From: Octopus sinensis
Lineage: Eukaryota
NCBI RefSeq assembly: GCF_006345805.1
Contig: NC_043007.1
Location: forward strand, 25,978,001 to 26,042,000
Direction of reading: 5' to 3'
Length of the DNA stretch: 64,000 nucleotides
The notes beneath the pieces were generated by a model, which made no database searches, was not told the origin of the DNA, and saw only the letters and a program-made list of their open reading frames with translations. This document shows, in pieces, positions 24,235 through 36,994 of the stretch. Numbering within the stretch: position 1 is the stretch's first letter; the number at the start of each line of letters is the position of its first letter. Position numbers and translations under genes: made by a program.

Positions 24235-24415
24235 TTGAGTGGGTTGAGCTGGCTTCATTCATCCTCAATACTGCATCTCTCACAAACGCCGACCAGACCA
24301 CCTGGCGATTTGAGGCTAACGACCGTGTGATCTCCAACCACTCCCTATTCCAGCGGCGAACGCCGTAGAATGGGGGCCTAGGTTGGGTTCCAAATCAGCC
24401 TTGACTCCAAGTGAA
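24235..24415 (-). mobile_element. RTE-clade LINE 3' end (different subfamily)
   Basis: The minus strand gives VKADLEPNLGPH...GVRRWNREWLEITRSLASNRQVVWSAFVRDAVLRMNEASST, an RTE C-terminus pattern. Confidence 0.7.
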
Positions 24416-26783
24416 CCCTATTTGCGGAATCCTATGATTTAAAGTATTTCAGCTGTGATGATCACTTATGTCTAGAGAACTCTGCTTCGTATTATTATTC
24501 TACATGCCCTTTTAAAGCTAGTAGGTTGTAATTTGAGTGTGAGTTAGCTGTCATTTATAGTAGATCGAATGATCACATAGAGGCACACTAGGTACTCATC
24601 TACCCTGTTTATAAACATCTGGGGCTGCTGGAACCTCTTCGAGGGCGTTCGGACCTACAATAAAAACACAACCAAATCTTCCTCAAATCACAGCATTTAC
24701 CACCTTAAAAAAAAAAAAGACACTTGTTAGTGTAGTCATAGTTATAGAATAGTTTATACATGAAGTTAAGATAGTCACTGCTGGAATGTCTTTACTAATT
24801 AGAGCATCAGGAGCTAAATTCTCGGTGCACTCTACCGTAGTTATGAACCTTTTGAAAGAACCTCTTCATAATTGCCGATCGTACTGCTAGATAAAGCAGC
24901 AAAACAACCTCATATTATATCCCGTCAAATACTTTAATTCTAAAAATATGCTCGAACAAAAGACTGAATAGTCGAGACTGGAATGTTTTTTATTGTGTCT
25001 AGTCAAAGTTGACCTAGAGCCAACGACCTCGTAGCCTAATTTTGCTGAACATGCTTTCAAATAGATCTATGTTATATTTTCCTTGTTTGAAAACACATTG
25101 ATTTCCAGATCTTGGCTCGATCCATAATTCTTCGGTTTATGTTATCCTCGAAGTAATGAAATTCTGCACATTCAACATAAAGGTTGTTTTAGTTCACTCT
25201 GTATCAGTCTCAATCGCGCAGGCTTAGGATCGACGTCAATGGTGTTACAATCTTGTAATTTTTCAAGCATAGCGTATCTAGGGCTACGTTGTCCAATGTG
25301 GCCATCTTTTTTTATATTTTTTTCAGACAGTATATTGTGAAAAGGGGGAAATAACGGTGTTATTTCTTGCAAGTTGATTGACCGAAAAGTGTTGAATAAA
25401 CCTCCCATAACAAACGAGTTGACAACTAGTTTTCTCTCCCAAGAACTCTAATCGTTTTTGTATTCAGTTTGCAAGATTCTTGATGCGAACTCGTGTATTA
25501 AAAAATATTTTGTTGCCGACAACACTCGCGCACAAGTTCTATTTCATATTATTATTAATTTGTCAATTGGTTATCTATTTAACCAGTAAAGTAATCGATT
25601 GTTTGATTAACTGCTCGGTTATTCAATCAATCAGGTTCGTCAAAAGTCCTTTCGTGCCATTTGTGATCTCACCAATGGCATGCTCTTCACTACTCTAGGT
25701 CTGCTCCCGTGTCTGTCTCTTAGTTCGTATTATTGGCACAAGAACCGTCCCCGAGATACGAAAGTCTTGTACGAATACTTTGAACAGGAGTTACGATTTC
25801 TAAATGATATTGTACAACCTTACTAGCCAGAGATTTGCAGGAGGTCTTTATACGGTTTGGTTACATTCTCCTGTATTTTGAGAAATTATTAAGTTGGCTC
25901 ATTACCATATTTAGCAGTGGTGATGGATGGATTGTTGCATCACGGTACTCCTCAAGAGTAATGGCAGCAATGTTCGATTTACTTATATATTTATACCTTG
26001 CCAAAGAAGAGAGAGCGAGAGAGAATGAGATTAATTAAGTCAAACGAGATTTTTTTAGGCGCTAAATATAAAGGTATTTCCAAAAGAAAGAAAATTAAAA
26101 CCAGAAACTTTATATGAAAATTGCAGCCAACTCTTCTTCAAATCACATTCAAATGAATCTTCCTTAAAAATTGAAGGACACATCTCATACTGTAGTTCTA
26201 GAAACACTGTCTGAAAGTAAGATGGGATAGTCACGGCTGGAGCATCTTTGATCATTATTGTTTGCTCAGACAGATCAGAGCTGATCTGATGCTAGACACT
26301 GACCATTTAAAATTCATTCTACAACGATCACATCCGGTTTGCTGTTGTTTTGGATCTTAATTTTGAAGTATTGGAAATTCTATAATAAGGAAAACTTACT
26401 TCGATCTGTTGATATTTGCATCGACTCGATTATATATCTCAGCAAAGAGAGTGGAGGCCAGATAAATTGTCTAATCGATAATCATGTAAACATTTTTATA
26501 GATCTTTTTCATCTCACCGATTTTATATTTGTTGTTGATGTTGTTTGACCCTAATCGAGATGGACCTGTGATCAAAGACATTCCAGTCGTGACTCTTCCG
26601 TTTTTTTTTTGTATAACAGAGATTACATCGTCCAGTGTGTTCTTCCTTTCTTGTGATTTGAGGCCGTTATGGTTATTTCTAGCAGGTCGAGCTACAATAT
26701 ATTCCCTCATTGGCTCAAGAGGATTTATTATTGGTTCAGTGGATTGAGAATATTGACAATTGTACTTTCCGCCACCCGGTTTA

Positions 26784-27176
26784 CTAATCCTTTCTATTAT
26801 AGGCACAGGGCTTGCAATTTTTTTTGGGGTCGGGGGAGGCGGGAAGTGGGGCTAGTCGATTACATCGATCCCGTTAATCAACTTATTTCATCGATCCCGG
26901 TGCTCAACTGGTTGCATATTTCATCGACTCCAAAAGGCATAGTCGACTTGGACGAAATTTAAACTCAGGACGTAAAACACGAAATGCCTATTTCTTTACT
27001 ACCCACAAGGGGCTAAACACAGAGAGGACAAACAAGGACAGACAAAGGGATTAAGTCGATTATATCGACCCCGTAAGGATGAAAGGCAAAGTCGACCTCG
27101 GCGGAATTTGAACTCAGAACGTAACGGCAGACGAAATGCCGCTAAGTATTTTGTCCGGAGTGCTAACGATTTTGCC
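26784..27176 (-). mobile_element. Nested family-A SINEs: tailed-subfamily copy (26989-27130) inside an older copy
   Basis: Perfect 10-bp direct repeat ACGAAATGCC at 26979-26988 and 27131-27140. Confidence 0.85.
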
Positions 27177-27198
27177 AGATCTTCGTCAAGTTTAATAA

Positions 27199-27465
27199 TA
27201 CACAGTGAATTTTTCGGTGAACGGATTATTTCGAAGGGACTTTGGTCACCAAGATCACCTGATTTAACACTGCCAGATTTTTTTTTTCTGGGGAGCAAGT
27301 AAAGGATCAGTGTACAAGAGTTACCCGAAAACCATTAATGAGCTAAAATGCGCAATCATAACCTTCACACGGTCCATACCGCGTCAGACTGTATTTCAAA
27401 GCATGTGTGGAAGAGACAACTTATGTATTGAAAATGAAGGACAACACTTTCAGCACCTCTTATAA
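27199..27465 (+). pseudogene. Tc1/mariner (IS630 superfamily) transposase C-terminal remnant
   Basis: GERIISKGLWSPRSPDLTLPDFF, then a frameshift, then WGASKGSVYKSYPKTINELK...CIENEGQHFQHLL*. Matches the WPPRSPDL..DFFLWG and GGHFEHLL motifs. Confidence 0.9.
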
Positions 27466-27718
27466 AGCTTTTTGAAGTTTTGTAAAGTCTAATATATTCT
27501 TTGGTAGTCTTATACCATCTTACAAATATTTATTTTGCAATAAAATACTTATTGCGGAGAGACTTTTTGAACACCTTGTACTTATCGCCTGTAGACCTTG
27601 GTGCCTTTATCGTTTGGACCAGATTGTCCTTGCTTAGTTTCTTCCACGTCTATGTTTTCTTGCAGATGTTTAAGTTGAGTATTGATCACATCAATTTTAC
27701 CAGTGTAGGAAGGCTTGC

Positions 27719-28117
27719 GGATCTTTTCGGTTTGAACTGTTTTTCTAGCGGTGTCATATGAAATTGTCACCCATAATTATGACCCTAGTATCGATTTATT
27801 GCATTTCAATCTGTTTTAGGGTTAGGGGTAGGGGTATCTTTTTTTCTTCACAAATGTAAATAAACCCAATCTGTTTCTTAAACGAGGGACATAATCATAC
27901 GGCACATAATGTTGTTTACCTCAATGGACGTCAGTGATTGGTTGAAATTGCAGAAATTAAAGAAAAAACAACAAATATCTTACAAACTATAGAATTTTCT
28001 CAATAAAGCCAAGAGAAAAAGATGTTTTATAAACACATTCTACCAGTATACGAAGTTTAAAATTTTTTAGTTACCTAGAAATTATGTTAAAAACTGCCGT
28101 TCAAACCGAAAAAATCC
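27719..28117. mobile_element. MITE family M1: GG...CC TIRs (~30 bp), perfect 8-bp TSD (Merlin-like)
   Basis: TIR GGATCTTTTCGGTTTGAAC / GTTCAAACCGAAAAAATCC. AGGCTTGC at 27711-27718 and 28118-28125. Confidence 0.85.
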
Positions 28118-28759
28118 AGGCTTGCAAAGTTGGGTGCTATTTCCACTTCATCCAAGTTCATATTTTTTTCTTAATAAAAAGTAAAATAAAACACTGCTTA
28201 TAATCACTCACGTAGTCAGATTATAATTAAAGAGGGCTTCAGGGAGGAAATAACAGACCATATTATTAGGAATGTAACACGAACGAATCTAAAGGTATAA
28301 TCTTCGTTGAAGTGACCGCGAATCTTAACGATTTCCGACTTTTGCACTAGTTCACTAATTTAATTATTATAGAGGTGTATTCGATTTAATTAACCTAACG
28401 TGCTTAACTAATACTTTTATCGATACCGGAAGGATGAAAAGCAAAATCTTACTTTGGCGAGGTTTGAACTCGTACGTGAAATGACATAAACTATTTACTT
28501 CAGTGTTATTTAGTATGGTGTTCTTCCGTTTCCGCCGTTTTTGCTCTGCTAATTAATTAATGGTAATAACAATGGTGTTTAGCCCCAGATCTAGGATCAA
28601 AGTTGTTCAAGATGTGACCCACACTACACTGTTTTGTTTTTGAAACACGAGATGATTACAGTTTGAGCCCCGGCATACACATAGCTTTTCTTTTTAAGAA
28701 AGGAAGCGAGTGATTTGAGAGAGAGGTTAAGCGATATTTGAATGTCGAGCGGCTGCAGA

Positions 28760-28801
28760 ATGGCTCTGGGCGAAGACGTGGTGTCTCACATTGTGAGAGA
28801 G
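28760..28801 (+). CDS. Candidate first coding exon (MALGEDVVSHIVRE), product unknown
   Basis: AGAATGG start context, 14 sense codons, donor GAG|GTAACA. No downstream exon confirmed. Confidence 0.25.
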
Positions 28802-29329
28802 GTAACAATAAATTAAATTGGTCCTAAAAGATCACAGCAGAGACGAAAGAATTACTTTACCTTGTCCTGTTTGTACGACTGTCGATCGGGCGATCAGCGT
28901 AGTCATTATAAGTTTACTCAAACTGAAAACTGAGCCTTAACGATAGATAGTGTTGCTGTTGGAGACTCTAGGATCAAGTAAAACTTCTGAGCAAAAGAAT
29001 TTCAGTTGTAACTTATACCGTCTTTTTAGAATTATCTAGTACTAGATAATCTATTGTTTTTTTTTTTTCAGATAGTATGGTGAGATTTGGCTGCTATTTC
29101 TAGCAGGTTGAGCTATCAAGTTGTGTAGCTGGTTGAATAGATTCCATGGTTGAATATGGCTATTATTTTAATATCCAGTTGGGGGAGTGGAAATCAAAAG
29201 TTACTCGGTGAGATGTAACGTGAAAAGTTGTAAACTTAACGAACGTAATTGATTGAGTATTATTAATATACAAGCAATACAACCTCATCGTAATTTATTT
29301 CGTTTACTGGACGGTTCCATATTGTTTTC

Positions 29330-29524
29330 TAATTTTGGCACAAGGTCAGCAATTTTTTAGGAGGAAGGGGCTAGTCACTAACATCGACCCCTGTACATGA
29401 CTGGTCGACCCCGAAAGCATGAAAAGCAAAGTCAACCAACGGCGTAATTTGTATTTAGAGAACGTAAAGTTGGAAGAAATATCCGCTAAGCATTTTGTCC
29501 GGCGCGGCAACGATTCTGCCAGCT
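29330..29524 (-). mobile_element. Family-A SINE
   Basis: The reverse complement has the CTGGCAGAATCGTTGCCGCGCCGGACAAAATGCTTAGCGG head and TTGTGCCAAAATTAG tail. Confidence 0.8.
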
Positions 29525-30042
29525 TTTGAACGGTTTTTTTTTATTGACACTATTAAAGGCCTCTCTCAGAGTTTCTTCAAAATAGTTAAGGGAGTTTTAG
29601 GTAGGAAGAAGATCTTCTGGCACTCACTATTTTTACTCTCGTATGAAGAGTTTCGATAACTAGTTAAATTTATGAGTTATGTTTTCTTTAATAGCATTTG
29701 TCCACTCGTGCTAGGAAAAATACCAAGTTGTTTGGGAAAAAAGACTAAGTAGAATGGTAGGTAAATCGACAGTCTTCAGCATTTTCTGTACGTTCTTTCT
29801 AATCTTGTTTCGCCATTCTCTGCACATTCTTTCAAATTTTGCGTCTTTAATTAATACACTTGTTATTTTGGGGGCGTGCTTACAATTAAACTGACGAAAT
29901 GTTTAAATGATTTTAAAACGGAAAAGAAAAAGAAAAGAGTTAGTACTTTAACTAAACATCGAGTTTTAAGAATATATAATTTTAAAATATTGATAATAAG
30001 TACATTAACGTGTGTTTGTGTGGGTTTTGGTCTTGGGTTCAT

Positions 30043-30358
30043 TCCCGTTTTGCAGCACCTTGGGCAAGTGTCTTGTACTATAGCTCCGGGCCAAATAAAG
30101 TCTTGTCAATTTGGTAGACAGAAAGTGAAAGAACGACACACACACACACACATACGTATGTGTGAGTGCATCCCATCATCGCTTGACAACCGATGTTTGT
30201 TTGTTTACGTCATCGTAACATAGCAGTTCGACAAAAACAAATCGATAGTAACTAACCAGTCTTAAAAATAAGTACTCGGGGCGATTTATTCGACTAAGCC
30301 CTTCAATGTGGTACCCCCGGTATGGCCCGCAATCCAAAGACTGAAAAGTAAAAGAAAA
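30043..30358 (+). mobile_element. Family-B SINE, degenerate
   Basis: CAGCACCTTGGGCAAGTGTCTT...CTTGACAACCGATG...GACTGAAAAGTAAAAG. Confidence 0.8.
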
Positions 30359-30819
30359 AAAAATATATACACACAACATATTTGGTGTGCATGCTATTTA
30401 TAGTATTTCCCAAGTTGTATAAATTAATATGAGAGCAAAATGGAGCTTCAATCTTGAAAAGATAAATGTATTGAAGAAAAAAAAAGCGAAGTCCTTTTTG
30501 CTTAGAATTAAACTTTAGAACTGTGTATATGCATGTTAACGTGCATTGAACCATCCAATCAACCCTTGATACCAAATACAGTTGGTTCCTCTTATATGAC
30601 TAACGGTTTTTGTGCTTTTTGATTGGGAGAGGGTCAATCTAGTTCCTTTTTAATGAAGCAGTGACTGAGTTTGCTACACCATTCTGTCTGTCTGTATGTA
30701 TGCATGTGTGTACAGTTTTATATATTTATTTCTTTAAGTAGGCTAAAATAGAACGATCTGACATTTCAGTAATCACCAAGTAAGTGTTGTATATATATAT
30801 ATATATATATATACATACA

Positions 30820-30945
30820 CTCTTACTCTTTACTTGTTTCAGTCATTTGACTGCAGCCATGCTGGAGCACCAACTTTAGTCGAGCAAATCGACCCCGGGA
30901 CATATGCTTTGTAAGCCCAGTACTTAATCTAGCGGTCTCTTTTGC

Positions 30946-30947
<2 letters not shown>
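30820..30947 (-). mobile_element. Family-B SINE 3' fragment
   Basis: Reverse complement of the 52830-52948 region. Confidence 0.85.
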
Positions 30948-30997
<50 letters not shown>

Positions 30998-33900
30998 CGA
31001 GAGAGAGAGGCACACACAGAGATATATATGTGCATTTCACTTATCAATATCTGGCTTGTACTCTGCTGAAAAACTCACACGCATATATATTTTTTTAAAC
31101 ATATGTTCAAATCACTTTAAAGAAAGCATCAACTAAAAAAAGAACTCTGTAGAGTTTTAAGATATATTAAAAAAAAAAAAAAGTGACTTTAAATTGCACC
31201 TGAAACAGGCTCTCACATTGTATGTACCATGTAAAAGGGGATATTTGCGACCAGATAGATCGTAGTCTTACGACGGAAGACTTTGATACTGTTGTTAGTG
31301 CAGAAAAATGGAATAATTGTGTTATGACTCTTGTCTGTCTTATATGTATGTGTGTTCGTCTTCTGTTTGACTCTCTTTTTCTAAAAGATTTGTCTTTCTT
31401 TCTCTCTCTCTCTTCTGTGTGTCTGTCTGTCTCTCTCTTCACACGCACATACTCAACTTCAGGTGGTTGTTGACGCCCTCTTTCAAGTCGGCATGCTGAA
31501 AAACACAGCAGACTGAATGTAGTAGTTTTACTTTACGATTTCGCTCACCACTCTGTCAGTTCCTCTCAAGAGAGAGAGAGAGAGAGAGAGAAGTAAAGAG
31601 CTACAATTGATCTGACTTCCTTCCATGCTTTCAAGCATCGAAGTAGTGTTAAAGAAGACTTAGCCATTTCATTGTGTTAACAGTGTGTGATGATATTGTT
31701 TTTGTCTTCTAAGCTCTAATAAGCTCTGCGCTTTCACTTTCTCTTATCCATTTCAGATACATTTATTAATAATCGACGTGTGTGGGTGTGTTAAATTTAA
31801 CAAATAATAAATAAATACACAGTTCAAGGAATTACCCAAGAAAGCGAGCGATCCAATATTTTCTATATTTCTGTATTCGGCAAAATTAGGCTATGGTTGC
31901 TTGCTGCTTTCTCTCACTACTGTTCTGGCCTTGTGCCAATGTTGTAAATTTTTTTCAACATCATCATCATCAGCAGCATCAGCATCATCATCATCATTTC
32001 TTATTAGTGTCGGACCAAACAGTTTTTAGTTTTTGTCTCGTGCCCATCTTATTGCTTCATAAATGCTTCTGAAGGCAATAAAACAAGTTTAAAAAGAAAA
32101 TTTTTTACAGTGCCAGGTCAACCCTGGAAGAGACCACCACATTTTACGATCAGAGGCATTTAAGTCATGGCTATTTTATCTTTTGTAGACGATAGGTCGT
32201 GATTTGATTGAAATTTGTCTGCTATTTCTAGCCGGTCGAGCGCCAGCGCAAAAGAACCCTCTCTTTTTGTCGCGTTAAGATAGTCTTGTGTCGGGGGGAT
32301 TCGATGCCCTCTCTCTCTCTCTCGATAAACCTATAAAAATTGGCCTTCTGTTTCAACAAACGAAATCGTCATAATCATCTTTATTATTTGTTGCTTTGTG
32401 GCAATGTGAGAGAAATCAATATCCTTTATCATCATCATCACTGTTACATCCCACCTCATTCCATTGATATTCCAGTGGAAAATATGTGTGCAGCGACGGT
32501 ATTGTCACCTTGAAACAGGTTCGTTTTAACTCATTGTTAGATGCTCGGCGAAAGCGTTTCTATTTACATGGCCTTCATTGAATTATTCACAGCGAGCGAG
32601 CGAGCAACTGTTCTTCTCCCTCTTCCACCCCACCTACTGTAAACCAAGTTGTCTCGAGAGTCGTGAGAGGTGTGGAGGGGAGAATCCGAGAGGTGGTCAG
32701 TATATATGTATCTTCTGTCCAGCCAGCGCTTGACCTCTCACCACCCTCCATAACGGTTTCGGTTCAGCAACCGAAGTAATTTCCTCTTTGGAATCGAAAC
32801 TTAATGTTGGATTTACTACTGCAAGAAGGAGGTCCCACCTATCCGCGCTTATTCGATCTGCTAGAAATAGCAAGCTAAATCTTCCTCGCATCACACCTTC
32901 TACCGACATAAAAGGGGTGGTGAAAGATACCTTAGATAAAGTGTTGGAATGGTCACTGTTAGAACGTCGTTATTATATTAGGTTCAAAAAGGCCGAATAA
33001 CTAGTTTATTACAATAATAGTTATTTGGAGCATGTGCACAAGTTCACCAATTTTGGTGTAGGTTATATAGTTGTTCAATATATAACGGATGCCCGTTACT
33101 TCTCGACTGTTACGTACTTATTTTATCGACTATGACAGTTCTGCACTAAGAATAGTAAGGGACATAACTAAATAATACAAGGTAGTCTGCCCGATGCTCT
33201 ACTGAGTCTGCTATTAAAGTGTGTGTGTGTGAGGAATAGTCGATTATAGTGACCTTAGCACTTGACTGGTACACTCTTTCGACAGTGTTTAGTGGCGAAT
33301 TTATTTCGATAGCAGACATGAATTGTTATTTTTTTTTTCCCACTCCCGAGTCGTTTTCTTTTTTTTTATGTGTGGAAGGGTTAAACGAACTCGCCAGTCG
33401 AGATTCAGAAGTCATATACTTCATGGATTTCGCTGTGAAGTTCATGCTTTTCTAAAAGATGCACGAATGGGCAAAATGCGATTTATCTTGCGATGGCGAA
33501 TCGAAATTGGGTCGCGAAATATGGCGCTTGCTATGATGATGATGATGATGATGTATATGGATTCTGCCGACTTTCTCAATCCAGCCGGAAAGAAAGAAAG
33601 AAAGAATTGCTTTCCTCATAGAAATTTACTGTTTCTGTTTTATATTATTCCATGTGCACTGTATAACAAAAGCAGCAAGGCAGACAAAACGCATGGGAAG
33701 AGGTAGAAATCGCAGTCACGGTGGTCGTTGTTACTATAATAATAATATAGTGTTAATATTTACTGCTACTAAAACGAGAAAGGGGAAAAAAAAAAAAAAG
33801 AAAACACTTGCTTTGTAAACAGAATGAGAGAGAGAGAGAGAGAGAGGAATAATTTATGCTGCACACGCTTTTCTGTACATTGTGGTGTGTGTGTGTGTGT

Positions 33901-34537
33901 AGTTGCTACTGCTACTACCACATGCAGAATTGGTTGTGTTCGTTGTTGGCAAAGCTTCCTGTTCCCCCCTTCTCTTCTCTATAATATCTATATATATATA
34001 TGTATGTATGTATGTATACACACAACACACTCAGACAAACCGATGTGCATTTTACACACAAGTACGTTGTGGTACGCACGTACTGTGTCTCTTCTAGCGA
34101 CAACAGGTTTTTGTGATAGATGGGTGTATGTAACGGGCAGGCAAATCTCTCTCATTGTCACTAAAACATGTCTATCTTTATTCCTTTTCTCGACCTACTA
34201 CTATCCCCCGCTCTCGTAGTAATGTTCTCGTACACAGTCTGCTTGCTATGCCTGGTCGTAATGTATCCACCCGTCCACCCGGATCGCTGTTATCTGATTC
34301 TGTTTCACGCCTCTGTATTCGTATTTCTCCTTTATCTCTGGTTCTCTCGTCCATTAACACTCCTACCATAGATCTAAATGGACTTGGAGCTTATTTTTCT
34401 CTCTCTGTTTTTATTTTTTTATTTTTAAAAATTTTCTTTACTGTGCTAATTAGCAATAAGACAACTGAAAATATTGATTAAATCGTTTTTACATTCGGGG
34501 TAATAGTCATTCTCTGACATACTTTTCATTTCCCGTA

Positions 34538-34599
<62 letters not shown>

Positions 34600-35501
34600 G
34601 TAGAGAGAGAGAGGTGCTTGTATGTATTATCTTTGATTTTGTCATTAATTTAGAAATTACTAATTAATTTACAGATTAATTTTTTTTCTTTCTTTCTATA
34701 TTTCGAGTGTTGGTTTCCGAAGGCCGCCATTGAAAGCTATACCAATTCCCAGACGTGGTAGTGGCGGTGTTAATATATATATATACATATATATGCATGT
34801 ATATATATATATATACATATATATGCATGTATATATATATATATATACATATATATGTATATATATATATATAGTCTGCGTATTTAGTCATTCCCCCTCC
34901 TCTTCCTATAGCCCGTTCTCCTCTAAATAAATTGGCGCCATAAACAGATTCTCCTCCCACCCATGGTTTCTTGTTTGCTGCTTGTTATAAACAGCAACCT
35001 TGCTTTGAGTAATTCTTTACTCCGCCACCCTCAATCTACCTCTACTTTCCAGATGCCAGCACCCTAATAATGAGATTTGTCTCATGTTCATAGGTACAAT
35101 TTTTTTGCTTGTTTGTTTGTGTGTTTAATAACTACACACGTTGAGAGCAAAACTGTTTTCGTTTTTTTTTTGCGGCATGTTTATATGATTACATGTTTTA
35201 AGCTGGTCTGTTGAAGAAGCTCTTTGCAGCCTCGAGAAATTCTTTCCATGCAGTTTTTGGCAGTTTTACGTTCTTTGATGCAGTTGTAACTACTTACTGA
35301 ATGTATGTTGACTTAGGTACTTATTATTCTACGATACCATTTCGCTCATTCAGTTATATATATACACATATGCACACACACACACCATTTATTGCTTTGC
35401 AACAAACAGCTTTAGATGGCGAAGAACGAATATATATTTCAACTTGGGAAATACAGCAGCCTATTACTTTCAGTGGAAAACTTGTATAATGCATCGAATT
35501 T

Positions 35502-35537
<36 letters not shown>

Positions 35538-35541
<4 letters not shown>

Positions 35542-35878
35542 TTTCGGTTTGAACGGCAGTTTTTCTCTAGCGGTGTCGTATGAAATATGTGTTAGGGGTG
35601 GGGGGGGTATCTTTTTTTTCTTCACAAATGTAAATAAACCCAATCTGTTTCTTAAACGAGGGACATATTCAGACGGCACACCTCAATAGACGTCAGTGAT
35701 TGGTTGAAATTGCAGAAATTCAAGAAAAAAAAACAAATATCTTACAAACTATAGAATTTTCTCAATAAAGCCAAGAGAAAAAAATTCTTTTATAAACCCA
35801 TTCTACCAGTATACGAAGTTTAAACTTTTTTATTTACCTAGAAATTATGTTAAAAACTGCCGTTCAAACCGAAAAGAT

Positions 35879-35880
<2 letters not shown>
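35538..35880. mobile_element. MITE family M1 copy inserted in (TA)n, internally deleted
   Basis: Same TIRs as 27719-28117, but the 5' GG is lost. Both flanks are (TA)n. Confidence 0.85.
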
Positions 35881-35920
<40 letters not shown>

Positions 35921-36731
35921 GTATGTATGTATGTATGTATGTGTGTGTATTGGACATTGTTAAGTCCTCTCCAACAGGTCTGTCCTCATAGCAGTGGGTA
36001 TGTAGAACAAAGAGATGATCCCTTAATCTAGCTTTACTGCCCCACCAGAGTCCTTTTTATTAGTTTGTTCCTTTTATTTTCTCGTTAAGAGTACAAGTAA
36101 CCTTTCTGCCTTTCCGAACAGATCCAGTTCAGTGACAAATCTTACTTTTTGTTGAGAAGAATAAGTAAAAAAAAAAAACACACCCATGGTTTTGTTTTTG
36201 TTTTTCTTTCTTGTCAGGAAGAAATGCATTATCCAGTGTGAGATTCTTATTTTCCTCTTTTCTTAAATTTAGTTATTATTTCTAGCAAGTCGATCGAATA
36301 CTTTAGAAGTTTGCTAGTACTAACTAACTCAGCTTAGTAGTTGTGATAAAACAAAAAAAAAATTAAAGTTCGGTTAAGTTTTGAAACCTTAGTGCTACGA
36401 GACTAGGAAATGAGATGGACGTGAGAAATTGTGTAGTTGACAGGTACCACCTCCCTCACAAAGAAACAAGAACTTAGACACAGATTTACAAGATTTTCTC
36501 TACACAGATATACTACTAGATCATCTCTTCATATGCGTTGTATATTGTTTGTTTTGAAACACTACTACAAACGTGGTATTTTTTTGCTGTAAAATATCAT
36601 TAAAACGTAGACAGAGAATTGAAGAACGGACATGATGTTCAAGTGTTGAAATGGAGCGATGTCTCTGTACGAATTGGAGAAAGAAGCTAAAAATCTATTA
36701 AGTCTTCAGACTTCATTTAGTTCCGTTAGAG

Positions 36732-36994
36732 CAGTGTGGTCTCAATCCGCATATGGTCCTTTGGGGGTCCATATGAAGATTTTACTGTTAGAATTTATTA
36801 GCAATAAATTACTTATACTTCTACGATACACAAAATATTTTAGCAATTTTTTTTAGTACAATTCCTAATTCTGTATAATTAATAAAAATATAACAGGATT
36901 TAAAAAAAATCATCGAATGGGTATGAAGGTCCAGTTTGAGTTATATGGGAATGAAAGGGGTTCATAGGTAAGAAAAATAGTTGAGAAATAACTG
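36732..36994. mobile_element. hAT-type MITE
   Basis: Termini CAGTGTGGTCTCAA / TTGAGAAATAACTG (cf. CAGTGGTTCTCAAC type). Degenerate 8-bp TSD CGTTAGAG / CGTTGGCG. Confidence 0.7.

Noticed and set aside
27815-27836. Interstitial telomere or chromosome-fusion scar
   Set aside because: Only 2-3 TTAGGG-like units, and they lie inside a TIR/TSD-bounded MITE.
29553-29575. Histone 3' stem-loop look-alike AAAGGCCTCTCTCAGAG
   Set aside because: The stem cannot close (no GCC on the 3' side) and there is no histone ORF upstream.
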